A DNA stretch of 64,000 nucleotides. Origin: Azolla caroliniana. Lineage: Eukaryota > Plantae > Polypodiophyta. The notes beneath the pieces were generated by a model. That model was not told the origin of the DNA, ran no database searches, and saw only the letters and a list, made by a program, of their open reading frames with translations. Position numbers and translations under genes: made by a program. Position 1 is the first letter of the stretch. Each line of letters begins with the position of its first letter. Below are positions 33,018 through 47,552 of this stretch, piece by piece. The DNA lies in contig JBHGNT010000016.1 of NCBI GenBank assembly GCA_043228905.1, positions 15,810,001 through 15,874,000 of the forward strand. The letters run 5' to 3'.

Positions 33018-36000
33018 TGAGAAGATTCACACGACAACGCCCATTCTAAAATCGTCATAAGAGTGACCCATATTCCGAGGAAGAAGATTGGGAGGATGAC
33101 GAACATAGGAATACTAATCGATATAATCGAGGGGGGTGTCGTTACGACAATCGCCGTTTGGCAAACAATCATGGAGGATTCAATGGGCCTCGCTCACACG
33201 GAAACAATTGACAGTATAGGGGCCAATGATGTTAGGACGAGAGTTCGAAGGATGACCGGAGTGAGGAGTCACACCGGGACCAACGTCAACCACCCCGGAA
33301 TAACAGGAGAACGTAGCAAAACCAGGAGGAGCAACCTACGCTTGTGGATACGAATACACCACCAGTAGTGGAAAGAGGAGAGTCCAGCATACATTGTTTT
33401 GTATGCCAACAACCCAGACATTATGCAACACAGTGTCCACATCCCAAGGGCAAGGAAGCCGTCGTAAATACGATTACTGCAGAAGTCCAACAAGTGACAA
33501 CACGACAACAAATGAAGAACGCGGAGTGGGCTATGCAAGACGAGATACGCAAAGCAACCGAAGCTTGGGTAGAAAAAGCTAACGCAGCAAATATGGAGCA
33601 TATGAGACAGGAATCGGCAAACAGCTTACGAAGGGAAGAAGATATAGCATCACTGGATCTCATATGGCATGCACTGGCAGACTGCGAGATAGCAATGACT
33701 ATGGAGAAGCTCTTCTGACTAGTTCCGCGATTCCGGCAAGCCTTAGAGAATCACATTAAGGGCACATCCAAATTAGATGTCTTGGCAAATTTTGCAGAAA
33801 CCAGTTCCGGCCTAACGGTAGTGGATCACCACAATCCAACCATTAAGTTGGTGCTACAAGGTCAGGAAGTCGCGGGATGTATAATCAATGGGGGTTTCGG
33901 TGTCAATGTCATTAGTATGAGTACATGCGAACAATTAGGAATTTCGAATTGGGAAGCTTGCCCTTTTTGGCTTCGCATGGAAGACACCCGATTTGTCTAG
34001 CCCTTAGGATTAATCCGGAAATTAGGCATTATCGTCGGTGGTCATCGTTTCGACATTTTTGCAGTGGTACTCGCACTTGACACTCCAGGCGCGTACCCAA
34101 TATTGCTCGGCAGACCATGGCTTCGAGCGGCTAACATCAAACAAGACTGGCAACATAATTGTATCAATTTCCGAAAGGGATGAAGCAATTTTCGCGTACC
34201 CACTCAGGAAATGGCAACACAACCCAAGGGCATAACACCATTATACGCAGAAGACATAAATATGCTAGAAGGGGTTAGATGATACAGACTAGAAGCATAC
34301 CTTGATGATCACCCGCGGATCATCCCATTATTCGAAATTGACATAATAGAGACCGTTTCGGATTACGTTCCCATTAATACGCTTCAGGAAGAGGCATACA
34401 AATCGGATCTAGAGTCGATACTGGAGCTAAGCAGAGCACGTGCAGCGTTCGAGAGGGAAATGGAAATCTCATGGCGAGTCACCGCCTCAACATTAGAAGA
34501 AGTCAACGTCAGAACAACAACGGATCCTCAATTACTCTCGATTGTGAAGGATTTACTCCCGAGTCAGAAGGAGACGATGTTAGCACTGCTCAAAGAATAT
34601 AAAGATGTTTTCGCATGGTCCCATGAGGACATGAAGGGGTTGGACCCAAAGTTTTATCAGCAATCAACTTAGCTACCGATGCGAAACCCGTACAACAGCG
34701 TCGGTATCAAATGAACCCAAATTATGCCGCTCGCTTAAAAGAAGAAATTGACAAAATTCTCAAGGTAGGGTTTATTCGGCCGGTTAAGCAAGCTACATGG
34801 CTAAGCTCGATAGTTGTAGTGCCGAAGAAAAACGGCAAAATCTGTGTTTGCGTAGATTATTTGAAGTTGAATGCCGTAACAATTACGGATGCATTCCCCT
34901 TACCTTTCACCGACAACGTACTCGACGTGGTCGTAGGCTATGACATGTACAGTTTTCTAGACGGCTTCACTGGATACAATCAAGTACGCATGCATCCTGA
35001 CGACCAAGGGAAGACCGTGTTCATCACGGACTGGGGGGTTTACGTCGCGGTGGTCATGATGTTTGGGCTAAAGATGGTGCCTGCTACGTTCTAGCGAAAG
35101 ATTACGGAGATTTTTGAGGAGTATATACCCACCTTTATGCAAGTCTTCCTTAACGATTTCGCGGTATACGGAACAAGAGCCGAACATTTGAGTTATCTTC
35201 GACTTTGTCTGTAGCGCTACCGTACTTCACGCTTAAGCCTGAATCCGGCTAAATGTGCATTCGGTGTCACTAGTGGAGCTCTCCTTGGCCACATTGTAAG
35301 CAAGAATGGGATAACGGTGGACCGTAATAAAATCATAGTGATCATTCAAGAAAAAACTCCGACTACTGCCAAAGTGCTTAGTCGTTTCCTAGGACAAATA
35401 CGCTGGCATAGTCGTATGTTACGGTATTTAGCGGATTTTGCTACCCCATTACACGCCGCCGTACATCGCATACCCTTCAAGTGGACGACTGTTGAAGCAA
35501 AAGCTTACGACGCGCTCAAGATTATGCTAACTCAAGCATCGGTCGTACAACCACTTGATTCGGCGAAACCTTTCCATGTCTTTGTGGATGCTTCGGATAT
35601 AGCAATTGGCAGCGCATTAATGCAGCTCACAGAGCCGAATTGGTACAGACCGGTCTATTACGTAAGTCGGAAGCTATCAACCGCCGAACATAACTACTCC
35701 ACAATGGAACCGAAGGTGTTGGGAATGACATACAACATCAATAAATTCAGGCATTATATGCTAGGGTGGAAATTTACGTTTCACGTGGACCATGCGGCGT
35801 GGCTATACCTGGTGGAGAAACTGGCTAGATGGATGCTATTGCTCCAGGAGTTCGACTTCATAATTCACCATCGACCAGGTACGCAGCACGCCGTAGCGGA
35901 TTTCTTAAGCAGGATGGATAACGGGGAAACAGTGCGGAAAGATGACGACGACTTCCCTGACGCAGACATCCTGCGGATCACAACCATAGCTTCACGAACA

Positions 36001-39000
36001 GAGAAAATTTTTCCGGATCGTTGGCTGATGGAGATGACATACTTTTTGACCACGGGATTACCACCACCGCAATTGTGGTATGGCAGGAGGACACTACGCA
36101 GGCGATGTTACAGCCCGAAAAGTATGGCAAGCAGGCTTATGGTAGACAACTACACAAAAGGATGTGTATGTATACTGTAGGCAATGCGATCTATGTCAAT
36201 AGTTGGGGCAACCCACGGGGGTCGCAAGGATGCCACATCAAACAGTTCTGCCGTTGGATCCATTCCAGAAGTGGGGGCTTGATTTTGTTGGCCCCTTTAC
36301 ACCAGCAGTAGCACAGACCAACAATAAATATATTCTAGTGGCCATAGATTATTGCACAAAGTGGGTGGAAGCAAAAGCACTACGAGATAATACGGCGGCA
36401 TCCACGGTGAAATTTCTTTACGAATGTATCTGGTGCCATTTTGGCTATCCTATCGAGCTCATTAGTGACCAAGGGAGCCACTTTCTGAATTCGGTGATCC
36501 AGGAGCTGACACATCATTACGCCGTTGTCCATAAGAAGAGCACGCCGTATTACCCACAAGCAAATGGGTTAGCAAAGTCCACGAACAAAACCTTACTCAC
36601 CATACTAAAAAAGATTGTAAATGAGAATAGAACAAACTGGGATACCAAACTACACAGCACTTTGTGGGCATACCGGACCAGCTACAAGACTAGCATACAA
36701 TCCATGCCTTTCCAGCTAGCATTTGGACTAGAGGCTGTAATGCCCATTGAATTTCAGGTACCCAGTCTGAGGATTCAAGTATGGGACAGGTTACCAGAAG
36801 ACAAGTCCGAACAAATACGGCTACAACAACTTCTCGAACTAGGCGAGGCGCGTGTACGCAGTATGGCCATACTTGAGCAAAAGCAGCGACATCGTAAAGC
36901 ATTCATGGACCAACTTTGCGGTGGGAAAAGCAGTATTAGTTTTTCAAACACGGATGGGACAAATGCCAGGAAAATTACGGTTCCGGTGGACGGGGCCGTA
37001 CTGATAGTTGGAGTAGAAAACGACACTTTTCAATTACGCAGCCTTGCAAGAGAGATACTTCGACAAAAAGTAAATGGGTTCTGATTGAAACCCTATCTGG
37101 GACCTACACCTCCAAACCCGTTCCACACCGTCACTGCCACAACAAAGGGGCCCTTACACTAATTAATAGTTGGGGCCACTAATAGTATATTGTAACAGTA
37201 ATATTGTACTCAACCGTTAAAAAAATAAATAAATAAATAAGAAGGAGAGGATAGTGACGACTATTATAAAGAGTTTATAAATGCACAAACTTCTAGAGCA
37301 AGAACAAGTGGCACCATGATGGCACAAAAGCCAATGAACCCTAGGCCACAGAAAGAGGAAAGTAGAAGGTTTTCTACACATTACAAAAAACAGACTTCAA
37401 CCTTCAACCCTTCTCGCTCTCTTCGCTCTTCTCACTCGCCTCACTCCCCACCATACCACAGAGTGCCCAATCACTACAGCTTGCGAACCTCATCCAATCG
37501 AACCTCCTCCCCTCCCCCCATGATGCCGATAACCATCTTTGCAGCCTTACGCATGTGGCTCATGGAAAAAGGATTTGAGGGATACATCAGGGTCCCAGAA
37601 GCACCATCACACCTTGATGCACTGGATATAGCCAAGAAACTCAATATGGACTCGGTGACAAATGCCACCATATGGAAGAAATTAGGACTGTCTGCGAATG
37701 GGGAAAAATACTCAGAAACTCTCGAGAAATATTTTGGGGAGTATTCGTTCTATGCAAAGGCGTACAGGACTAAGGACATTCCAAAACCTTTCTTTCGGGA
37801 AGTCTCCTAGTTCCTATTGGAGGTCAGGTGCGTACACGTTAATGCATACGGGAGGCCTAAACAGAAAGCAGGCGTCATAATCGATACCTTCGAAGGGCAC
37901 ACTGTCGATTGGGGTGTAATCATGGGGCCGGCATTACGGGAAGGACTATACACGTATCAGGCCAGTAAGAAACAACGACCAATCATTCACCAATATCTTA
38001 GTGTGCTATTTCCCCCTCATGGACTTCCCGCCCCCCCAACCAACAAACCGACACCTCCGCCACGATCCGCGAAACGGCGGCTAGCGGAGTTACCACCACT
38101 GAATGGGAAGAAGAGGCACAACCGCCCCGCACCACCGAGCCAATGACGCAACCGGAACCATCAGCCAGGTGCGCCGAGACACAACCCTCCACGGCAACAG
38201 AGGAACAAGAGCTTGCCCAAGGCAGTCCCAGGCCCAAACGACGAAAATTGGATCAAAAAGACGGACGGGGATTGGTAAAAGATACAGCGGCCCTGGCCAA
38301 AAACATCGCCACTATGAAGCTATGAAGCATACAACTACATTGGAATTAATCCGCGAGCCACAACCAATCATTATGGCTCAGTCACAACGAGGCGAGGGCG
38401 TGCTCATAGCTGAGAGTGAAGTCTTAAGGAATGCAGACATTTCGGATACGACCCATGAGTTCGGCGCACTATTACAATTTAGAACTACCTACGAACTCAT
38501 GGAATTTTTGGCGACACAACAGATCAAGGTGTCCCAGAGAATGGTCGAGGAGCACACGGAGCAGCAAATGATTGAGCGAGCACAGACAAATACGGCGGAA
38601 AGCGAAGATGAGGGTCTCCTCGCCAAGGTAGGCAGATAGCGGAACGCGGGGATTTGCCACATGGGCATTGAATTACCCCCATTGAATATGGCCCTCGTTG
38701 AGGTACATAGGGAGTTGGCCACAGTCACTGTGGGAGCCAAAGATATGGCGACCAAAAATAAAAATCTCTAGAAAATGGTCAAGCTAACTTAAGCCCAACT
38801 ACAGAAGGCCCGAGAGTGCATTACGGAATTAGAATGCACCACATCTACGGCGCAACAAAACCCCGCACTGACACCCAGTGATGATGCATCGACAACTTTA
38901 CAGGAGGAGATTGAAGCCCAGACCGCCATCGCCGGAAAAGCAAAAAGAGCTACACAACTAGCGGAATCCAAAATTGACAGCCTCCGTGCAGAACTCCGCC

Positions 39001-40155
39001 AATCATCAGACAGGGAAACGAATATCCGGGCCAAAGGTCCAAGGGCGGTGACAGCACTAGAGGATAAGTTCAAGGCGGAGGTAGCAACGCACAATAGCAC
39101 CAAAGAAAAAAACAGGAAGCTGCGTGAGGAAGCTCAAAAGACGGAAGCGGTGGTCACAAGGTTCTGGGAGTTATTGGAAAAGAAGAAAGCATGGTACGAC
39201 GAACAACTCGTACGGGAAAAGGAACTGACGCATCAGGTAGAAGTCCGCCTAAATAATGAAATGGGCCGGCTAGAGGAACTTCACCTGAAAGAATCTCAGA
39301 TATGGGCAAAGATGAAGAGCCTCAATGAGGAAGCAGTGCGACCAATAAGAGAAAAATCGAAAACCTCAAGAAAGCCCTGGACGAAGTGCAAACCCACTCC
39401 CAAACAATAACGGACAATGTACGCGTTCTTCTTCAAACAAATCGCGAGCGGTTTACGATGCAATTAAAAACGAAAACACGAGGACTTGCACACCTATTGA
39501 ACACGGCAAAGAAGGAAAGGCAGAGACACATAAAATGGTCGAACAAAATAGCGAAACATTTACGGATGTCACGCCGTCTCCAGACCGGAATATACGGACG
39601 GAGCCAAATATCCTGGACATTTTGAATGATGAGTAGAGGGATGGGTTCGACGAGCTAGGGCTCTGTCCCACAGGCATGCCAGGTGTTGTCCGCCGGAATT
39701 GTAACTGCAAGACATAGTGTGTAAAATATAAAATGCATTAGAAGCATTAGGAAATGAATGTAACGGTTCATGCGAGGAGCGTGTTTGACTAAAAGCCCTG
39801 TGTATATAAAGGGCAAAAATCCTCTGTAAGAGGTGTGTGTAAATTTTGGGGAGTGAGGTTTTTTGTAATAGAGTCTTATCTTCTCTGATATCTGTATCTG
39901 TTTGTGTAAGTGGTATGTTGTCTTGCCACTGCATTCTGATTTGTAACTGTGGGTTGTAAAGCATAGGGTAAGTGTGTATATGAGAAACGCACTACTGAGG
40001 TTCGGTTGTAGCCGCCTCCCCCTACGCGCCCAAACGATACGTTTGCTTGTATCCTGTTACGATTCACGCCCAACGCGGACATATTCCTTGTAACACAATC
40101 ACCTCGAAGTCTACCTCAAAGGACTGAGCGCAGACAGTGTTCCTAATCGGTAACA
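33018..40155 (+). mobile_element. Non-chromodomain Gypsy G, 5'-truncated, with an extra 3' ORF; 3' LTR 39664-40155
   Basis: CFVCQQPRHYATQC knuckle; protease IINGGFGVNV (degenerate DGGSG); RT SFLDGFTGY; RNase H FVDASDIAIG; integrase WGLDFVGP, SDQGSHF, YPQANG. Confidence 0.88.
37316..39636 (+). pseudogene. Extra 3' ORF of G (env position; unknown domain plus coiled coil)
   Basis: ORF pieces 37316-37810, 37817-38146 and 39048-39410, among others, collinear with the F ORF. Confidence 0.7.
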
Positions 40156-43100
40156 TGTAGATCGGTCCCCATGGCGGCTCTTTTCCCTGTTGTAAATTGA
40201 TGGGGCAATCATACGGTCGATGGTGAGGAAGCGTATTGGCTTGTACTTAATCAAACACGTCGGCATAATGATGATACTTCTCTGGGAGTTGAACGGTGGA
40301 CTCCTCTTTAGTGGAGTTGGAGGGTGTTACTGATATTGCAAAGAGAAACATTTCTTCCTTGCGTCCTTCCTCACACAACCGATGTAGCGAAATGGTTGCA
40401 ATCTTATGAGTAGATCCTCAGGTTTTTCGGCACCGAATTTCTCTTATTCTCCAATCTATGTCTGGGTTATGTAATTCGAACCATGGTAATCCCAAAATAA
40501 TGGGATGTTCTGGGATGCTAATTATATTAAATGATACTACACACACTAAGTTATCTAGGACAATATTAATGGGCTTTGACTCTTCTATGATATTTTCGGA
40601 AGCGATGGGACAACCATCAATGACTACTATAGAGGCTGGATACGGGAGGTTTTTTAGGGATCTCTGGTGAGCTTGGGCAAACTTCCTATCCATGAAGCAA
40701 GAATTAGATCCGAAGTCTAGGAGTGCTAAGACATGTACTGGAGAGGTACTTTTAGTACTAATTGTTACTTGAGCTAAGAACACATTGCTAACTTGCTTAG
40801 AGGGAATGGAACCACGAATGGGTTGCACAGATCTATGGTTGTCCAACCAAACAACTCCTATTTTGGCTAGACTTAGTCGTTTAACTCTTCTTCTAATTGA
40901 CTAAGGACATCAAATTTGTTCAATAGATTTGGGCTATTAGTACTATTAGGACTATCAGATATTCCTACTGAAATAGACTTGGGTTTAGTACAATTAGAAC
41001 TAGCAACTATTTTGTTTACCTATCTTCTTGGCCTATGGGGACAATTTGCTGCAATATGCCCTGGTCCACCGCAGTAAAGACATAGTCGATTTGCTCGGCG
41101 TCGCTGCTTTTCTTCTTCTAATACTGGTCCGCGATGACATGTAGTGTCAATTTCAATCGTAGTTGGAGTATTTATTGGAGACACATTATATGGCTCCCTC
41201 GGAAAGGGTTTTGCTACCACTGAGGCGTAGGAGGGCTCTGATCTTTCCCCTGGCATCTGGAACTGACGTTCTGAACGTCGTTTGAAAAGGCAGTTGTCGC
41301 ATCTCACTGCATGACCGATTGCTTCTGTTAATGACTTTGGTTCTTCGAGGAAGGTCAAGAGTAAATCCTTGATATCGTTGCGTAGATCATATCAAAATTG
41401 CTCCATTAATGCTTTGTCATCCCAGGGGATAATGTGTTGGGGATATGTCCCTCCAGTGGGAGGAACTGACTATTCGGGTTGAGAAGAACCAACGGTCAAA
41501 GACTAGAAGGCGCCGATTGTTCGGAAGGAGTCGACAGTCGAGCAGTTGACAACAGAGAGTCAATTGTTTCATCGATTGATTATTATGCTAGGAATAATAA
41601 TAGTAATGATATGTAGCAATGACTACATGTGTAAATAGCCCATATGATGTATTAGTATATATACACTTAGGGCAGTACTTTTTGTGTGACGTTGTGGTGG
41701 TGTAGAATAGGAAGTAGGTTGTGTGCGTAGTCGGCAGAGATTTGTATGTTCAAAGGAAGAGAGAGAGAGAGAGAGGCGCTACAGTTGTGCGTGTAACAAC
41801 AGACACCAAGAGCCCTACGCGGCTGATACACTCTGAAGGAGTGTTGTAATCCCATCTATTATACATCCACTGAATAGTGAAGTTCTGTTCACCCATGGTT
41901 TTCTCCCATTTCAGGGTTTCCACGTTAAATCTCTGTATATTGTGTCTCCGTGTTCCTGTGTTGTGTATTTTCAGCATCTTTTGTTGTTGTGGTGTTACGA
42001 ATCGATCCTCTAAAAATTGGTATCAGAGCGTGAGGTGCAAGCATGGAAGGAGGTGTGGGCGATTTCCTAGGCATGATAGTTCTAAACTCATAGAACTATG
42101 CCAACTGGAAGATAAAGATGGAGGCCCTTCTCATAGTAGAAGACCTGTACAAGCCTATCAACAGAGCGGATGTCCCTAAGGGGGTTTTGGAGTTGGATTG
42201 GAAACTTCTTAACAAAAAGGCGGTGGCCACCATCCTACAATGTGCAGACGTAAGTGTCCTTTAGCATGTGGCAAAGGAAATTAATGCCAACAAGATGTGG
42301 CAGAAGTTGTCGGGTCTGTATGAGAGGAAGAATGCCTTAAATAAAACTTCATTGATGAGAAAGATCGTACGACTAAAATTCAGAGACGATGAGAGCATCG
42401 TTGAACACATCAACACATTCATGGGGTATGTGAACCAACTTGCTGCAACCAACTTTCCCCTTGATGATGCGATGCAGGCCATATTGCTGATGTGCACACT
42501 ACCGGATAGCTGGGAGAACCTAGTGGTCACTCTTAGTACCTCCTGTCAAGAAGAGAACTTGTCTTTGCAAGCGGTGAAGACAAGCATCCTGAATGAAGAC
42601 AAGAAGAGGACAAGGGAGTCTTGTCCCAGTTGGAGTCGAATGTAACACAATATTCGGACAGAGGAAGGAACCGACGAAGAAGCCTACAATGAAGGGAAAG
42701 GTCGAAAGCCAAATCAAAGTCCAAAGGTAAGCTTCCAAAACCTAGACACTTCCAAAATAACTGCCGACACATGAGAAAAGACAAGGGTGTCGGAAACAAT
42801 GCCAAACCCAGGAAGATTCTTGGTGACAAGAACACTTCGGCCATTGCTACGAGCAATGAAGAACTCTTGTTCATCTATGAACAGACAAACGCAAATTTTT
42901 CAAGTGAAGAATGCACTTCGGTGATCAATTTCGGGGCATCCTTTCACATAACTCCATCGAGAGAGTATTTCTCAACTAACATAGCCGGGGATCAAGGCTA
43001 TGTGAAGATGGGTGACAATGGAGAGTGCAAGATAGCTGGAGTCGGAATTGTCTGCTTGAGGGCGTCGACAAGGTGTTGGCTGACTCTGAAGGATGTTCGA

Positions 43101-46100
43101 CATGTCTCCAATATCAGATTAAATCTGATATCAACTGGAAGGTTAGATGATGAAGGCTATATTGGTAGTTTTCGGAATGGCATGTGGAAGTTCTATCGAG
43201 GAAATCTTATAGTGGCCTGAGCATAGAAAGAAGGCACATTATATATGTTGCATGCCCAACTGTGCAAATCGGAAGTGAATGTGGTAGCCGATTTAGTAGG
43301 AGAGATATGGCATAAAAGGCTAGGCCACATGAGTGAGAAAGGAATGCACCTGTTAGCTAACCAGAAAGGGAGTGCACCTGGAGAAGTGTGTTGACTGCTT
43401 CGTCGGAAAGCAGAACAAGGCAGCATTCCACATAAGACCACGGAGAAGAAGAGAAGTTGCACTGGAACTAGTACACATGGATGTGTGCTATGTTGACGCT
43501 CCATTGCACCGAGGTGGATAGTACTTTGTGACATTCATTGAAGACTATAGTCGGAAGACATGGGCCTTTGTACAAAAGGCAAAGGATCAAGTACTGTAAG
43601 TTTTCAAGGAGTTCCCGGCAAGAGTCAAGCGAGAGTCGGGACAGAAGTTGAAGACTGTCTGAACTGATAATGGTGGCAAGTATAGAGGGCAGTTTGAGGA
43701 ATACTGCAAGTGTGAAGGTATTCAGATCGAATACATAGTGTCAAAGACCCCTTAGTTGAATGGGCTTGCATAGAGGATGAATCGAACGATCATGGAGAGA
43801 GTAAGGAGCATGCTCTCTCATGCTAAACTGTCAAAGTCCTATTGGGTTGAGGCGATGTACACAATTGTTTATCTTATCAACAGGTCCCCCTCAATACCAT
43901 TGAATGGTAATGTCCCACAAAGGGTGCGGATAGGAAAGGATGTCTTCTACCAACATCTGAGGGTGTTCGAATGTCTGGCATATATGCATGTACCAAATTA
44001 TTAGAGGTCGAAACTCGATAGTAAGTCGAAAGTATGCATATTCATGGGATACTCGGAAGATGAGTTCAGCTATAGACTATGGGACCTAGTCGACAAGAAC
44101 GTGGTAAGGAGTCGGGATGTAGTCTTTCTTGAAGACAAGACGATTGAAGACAGGAAGCAACACAAGTCAAAATCGACTCCCTAGTCAACCCCGACTATCG
44201 TCCACTTAAGGCCAAGTGAACCGACAAAGTCAACTGATCAAAGATAGCTAGTCAGCACAGCCGATTCAAAGTTGGTCGACTCAGAGAGTCCGACAAACTA
44301 TGAGTCTGAATCGACGGAGCTGTTAAGGTCGATCAAGGAATATGAGTTGGAGTCGTCCAACCTTGAGAAGCCGATCGACATATATGAACCCAAGCAAAGA
44401 GGAGAGTCGGGAGAGACATCCGAACGAGAGCCAACGATGAGTGGAAGGAGATGCCCCCTCAGAGAAAGGAAAGCACCGACGACATATGCTAGTCAATACA
44501 TCCTCTTGACTGATGAAGGTGAACGAAGTGCTATGAAGAAGCCATTATCGATGAGCACAAGGAGAAATAGCTGAATGCAATGCAAGATGAGATGGAATCC
44601 TTGCTCGAAAATTACACCTACGACCTAGTAGAGCTGTCGAAAGGTAAGAGAGCACTCAGAAATAAGTGGGTCTAGAAGGTGAAGACTGGAGAAGCCAATA
44701 GTGAGCTTAGGTATAAAGCCTGCATAGTTGTGAAGGGTTTCCAATAGAAAAAGGGTGTTGACTTCGACAAAATATTCGCACCAGTCCTAAAAATGACATC
44801 CATTCAAATTGTTCTAAGCATAGTTGCTAGCATGGATCTGGAGATCGAACAGATGGATGTAAAACCGCATTTCTACACGAGGAGCTGGATGAGGAAATTT
44901 ACATGCAACAACCCGAAGTCTTTGAGGAGAGAGGGAAAGAGAACTTGGTGTGTCAACTAAAGAAAAGCTTGTATGGTTTGAAACAAGCTCCACGCCAATG
45001 GTACAAGAAGTTTGAATCCTTCATGGTGGAACATGGGTTCCAGAAAACACAGGCCGATCACCATGTGTTCGTCAAATGGTACAATGAACGTGACTTCTTG
45101 ATTCTCTTGCTATATGTTGACGACATGTTGATAGTCAGCCATGACACAAGAAGAATCGGAAGCTTGACGAAAGCTCTAGGCAAATCCTTTGCCATGAAAG
45201 ATCTTGGACTAGCTAAATAGATCTTGGGGATGCACATAGTTCAAGATAGAACTCAAAAGGTGCTATGGTTGTCACAATAAAAGTATGTGACAAAGATCCT
45301 AGAGAGATTCAACATGTCGAACGCAAAGCTAGTCGGTTCAATGATGTTGACAAACTGCAGGTTAAATGCGAAGTAGTGCCCGAAAGGGGAGAAGGAAAAG
45401 GCTGAGATGAGGAGAGTACCATATGTCTTGGCCGTCGATAGTCTAATGTATGCTATGGTTTGTACGAAACCAGACATAGCATTTGCTATGGGAGCAGTAA
45501 GCTGATATATGAGTAATCCAGGAAGAGAAAACTGGGCAACGGTGAAGTGGATACTCAGGTACTTGTCTGGCACCTTGAGGGTGTGCCTTAGGTATGGTGT
45601 CGGAAATCCTAGGCTGGAAGGTTTTACCGATTCAGACATTTCGGGGGATGTAGACTCGAGTTGATCCACATCAGGGTACATGATGACTTATCTAGGGGGA
45701 GCAGTGTCGTGGCAATCATGACTGCAGAAGTCAGTGGGCTTGTCGACCACAAAGGCTGAATATATGGCAACAATAGAGGTTGGCAAAGAACTGATTTGGA
45801 TGAAAAAAATTCTCTGTGAGTTGGGGTTGAAGTAGAAGGAGTACTTGCTTCACTGTGACAACCAGAGTGTTGTACATCTAGCCAAGAATGTTGCATATCA
45901 CTCCCGGACCAAGCACATACAGAGGAGATATCACTAGTTGTGGGAGAAAGTTGAAGAAGGAGAGTTTACACTCATGAAGATCCACACGGACAATAACGGA
46001 TCTGACATGCTCACAAAGAATCTACCTATGGATAGACTTCGATTTTGTCGATAGAAGACAAGACTAACTAACTCCCTCCCATAGGAGTGAAGGAGGAGTT

Positions 46101-46415
46101 TGTTGGGGATATGTCCCTCTAATGGGAGGAACCGACTATTCAGGCTGAGAAGAACCAACGGTCGAGGACTAGAAGGCGCCGACTATTTGAAAGGAGCCGA
46201 CAGTCGAAGAGTCAACAACAGAGAGTCGACTGTTTAATCGACTGATTATTATTCTAGGAATAATAATAGTAACGATATGTAGAAGTGCCTACATGTGTAA
46301 ATAGCCCATATGATGTACTAGTAAATATACACTTAGGGCAATACTTTCTGTGTGACATTGTGGTGGTGTAGAACAGGAAGTAGGTTGTGTGCGTAGTCGG
46401 CAGAGATTTGTGTGA

Positions 46416-46454
<39 letters not shown>

Positions 46455-46887
46455 CGCTACAGCTGTGTGTGTAATAGCAGACAACAAGATCATTGCACAG
46501 CTGATACACTCTAAAGGAGTGTTGTAATCCCATCTATTGTACATCCACTATATAGTAAAGTTTTGTTGACCCATGGTTTTTTCCCGTTTTCGGGTTTCCA
46601 CGTTAAATCTATGTGTATTGTGTCTCTGTGTTCATGTGTTGTGTATTTTCAGCATCGTTTGTTCTTCTGGTGTTAGAATCGATCCTCTACATAACGGAGG
46701 TGAGTAGACGGAAATTTGTAGCATATGTGGAGGCTGGATGATCACCTTCACGTAATCGTCGGATTTTGTGGATTGTTGTCCTTATGTTGTCAGTATCTCC
46801 AAAATAGGCTTTAAACTCATTTATAAACTCTTCATAATTGTTTAATAATATAGATTCCTTTTCTAACAACAGAGCAAACCATGACAA
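40156..46887 (-). mobile_element. Degraded chromovirus fragment A3 (gag, PR, RT start; pieces 40156-41434 and 46692-46887); host of G and H
   Basis: PPWGPIY, ALLDFGSNSCF, CLYCGGPGHIAANC; reading LLTSVIPWDDKA restored across H. Confidence 0.85.
41435..46691 (+). mobile_element. Full-length degraded Copia H (C-related), TSD TAATG/TAACG
   Basis: LTRs 41435-42014 and 46101-46691; PBS TGGTATCAGAGC 42018-42029; PPT ~46087-46100; polyprotein remnant 42043-46090 with YVDD; many stops. Confidence 0.92.
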
Positions 46888-46889
46888 CA

Positions 46890-47552
46890 GGAATTGAAGT
46901 AATTAATGGGAAAATGGAATAGTTGTCCTTTATGGACAAGTTTTGTCTTCACTACGTTCTCTCTTATCTTATTCTGCTCAGAAGTCAATACACCAAAAGA
47001 TATTTGTCCTCCTGGAGCCACTACCTCGAGTTATTGCTCTTCTTCTTCCTCCTCCAGGAACTCTAAGAACCCTTGCTCTTCATCATCTGATCTTGCTCGT
47101 TTGTTGTACTTCTTGTGTATATATTTTGATTTCCGAGACTGTTTCAGTGGAGTCCCTGCTTCGGTGCTCAACATCTCCTCGGTTAGATATGGCCGAAGAG
47201 CAACTATTAGATTATTTTTCATTTGCATATGTTTGCATAATGACTTGGGGTGGCAACATTCAACAAGCAGGTTTCATTCATTGAATCACACTCGCTTGGT
47301 ACAACCTGAGCTCTCTACATCGATGAAGATATTAGGCAAATCACTATCTTCATATTCAATGTTAGACACCTTCCCGTAGGTAAAGGTTTTTCCGAGCTGG
47401 AGCTTATTTTTACCCTCTGACTTTGCGAATATTAGTAGAAGTACGCCATCTTCCTTCACATACACAAGAACCCATTCTAAATTTAAGTAATTTTGAAACT
47501 TATGCTCAGACGACTTGTCTTCTGGGAGCATAACTTTGTTAGTTTTTGTAGT
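46890..47552 (-). pseudogene. Unidentified degenerate coding sequence, probably continuing from 58443-58591 before the inversion
   Basis: ORF pieces 47286-47531 and 47031-47228 (acidic tail EEQGFLEFLEEEEEEQ); no recognised domain. Confidence 0.35.

Noticed and set aside
23013-40155. F and G as the two arms of one large inverted-repeat element
   Set aside because: They are strongly diverged copies, both retain 3' ends, and they sit in different hosts (Copia E and chromovirus A3), so they are independent insertions.
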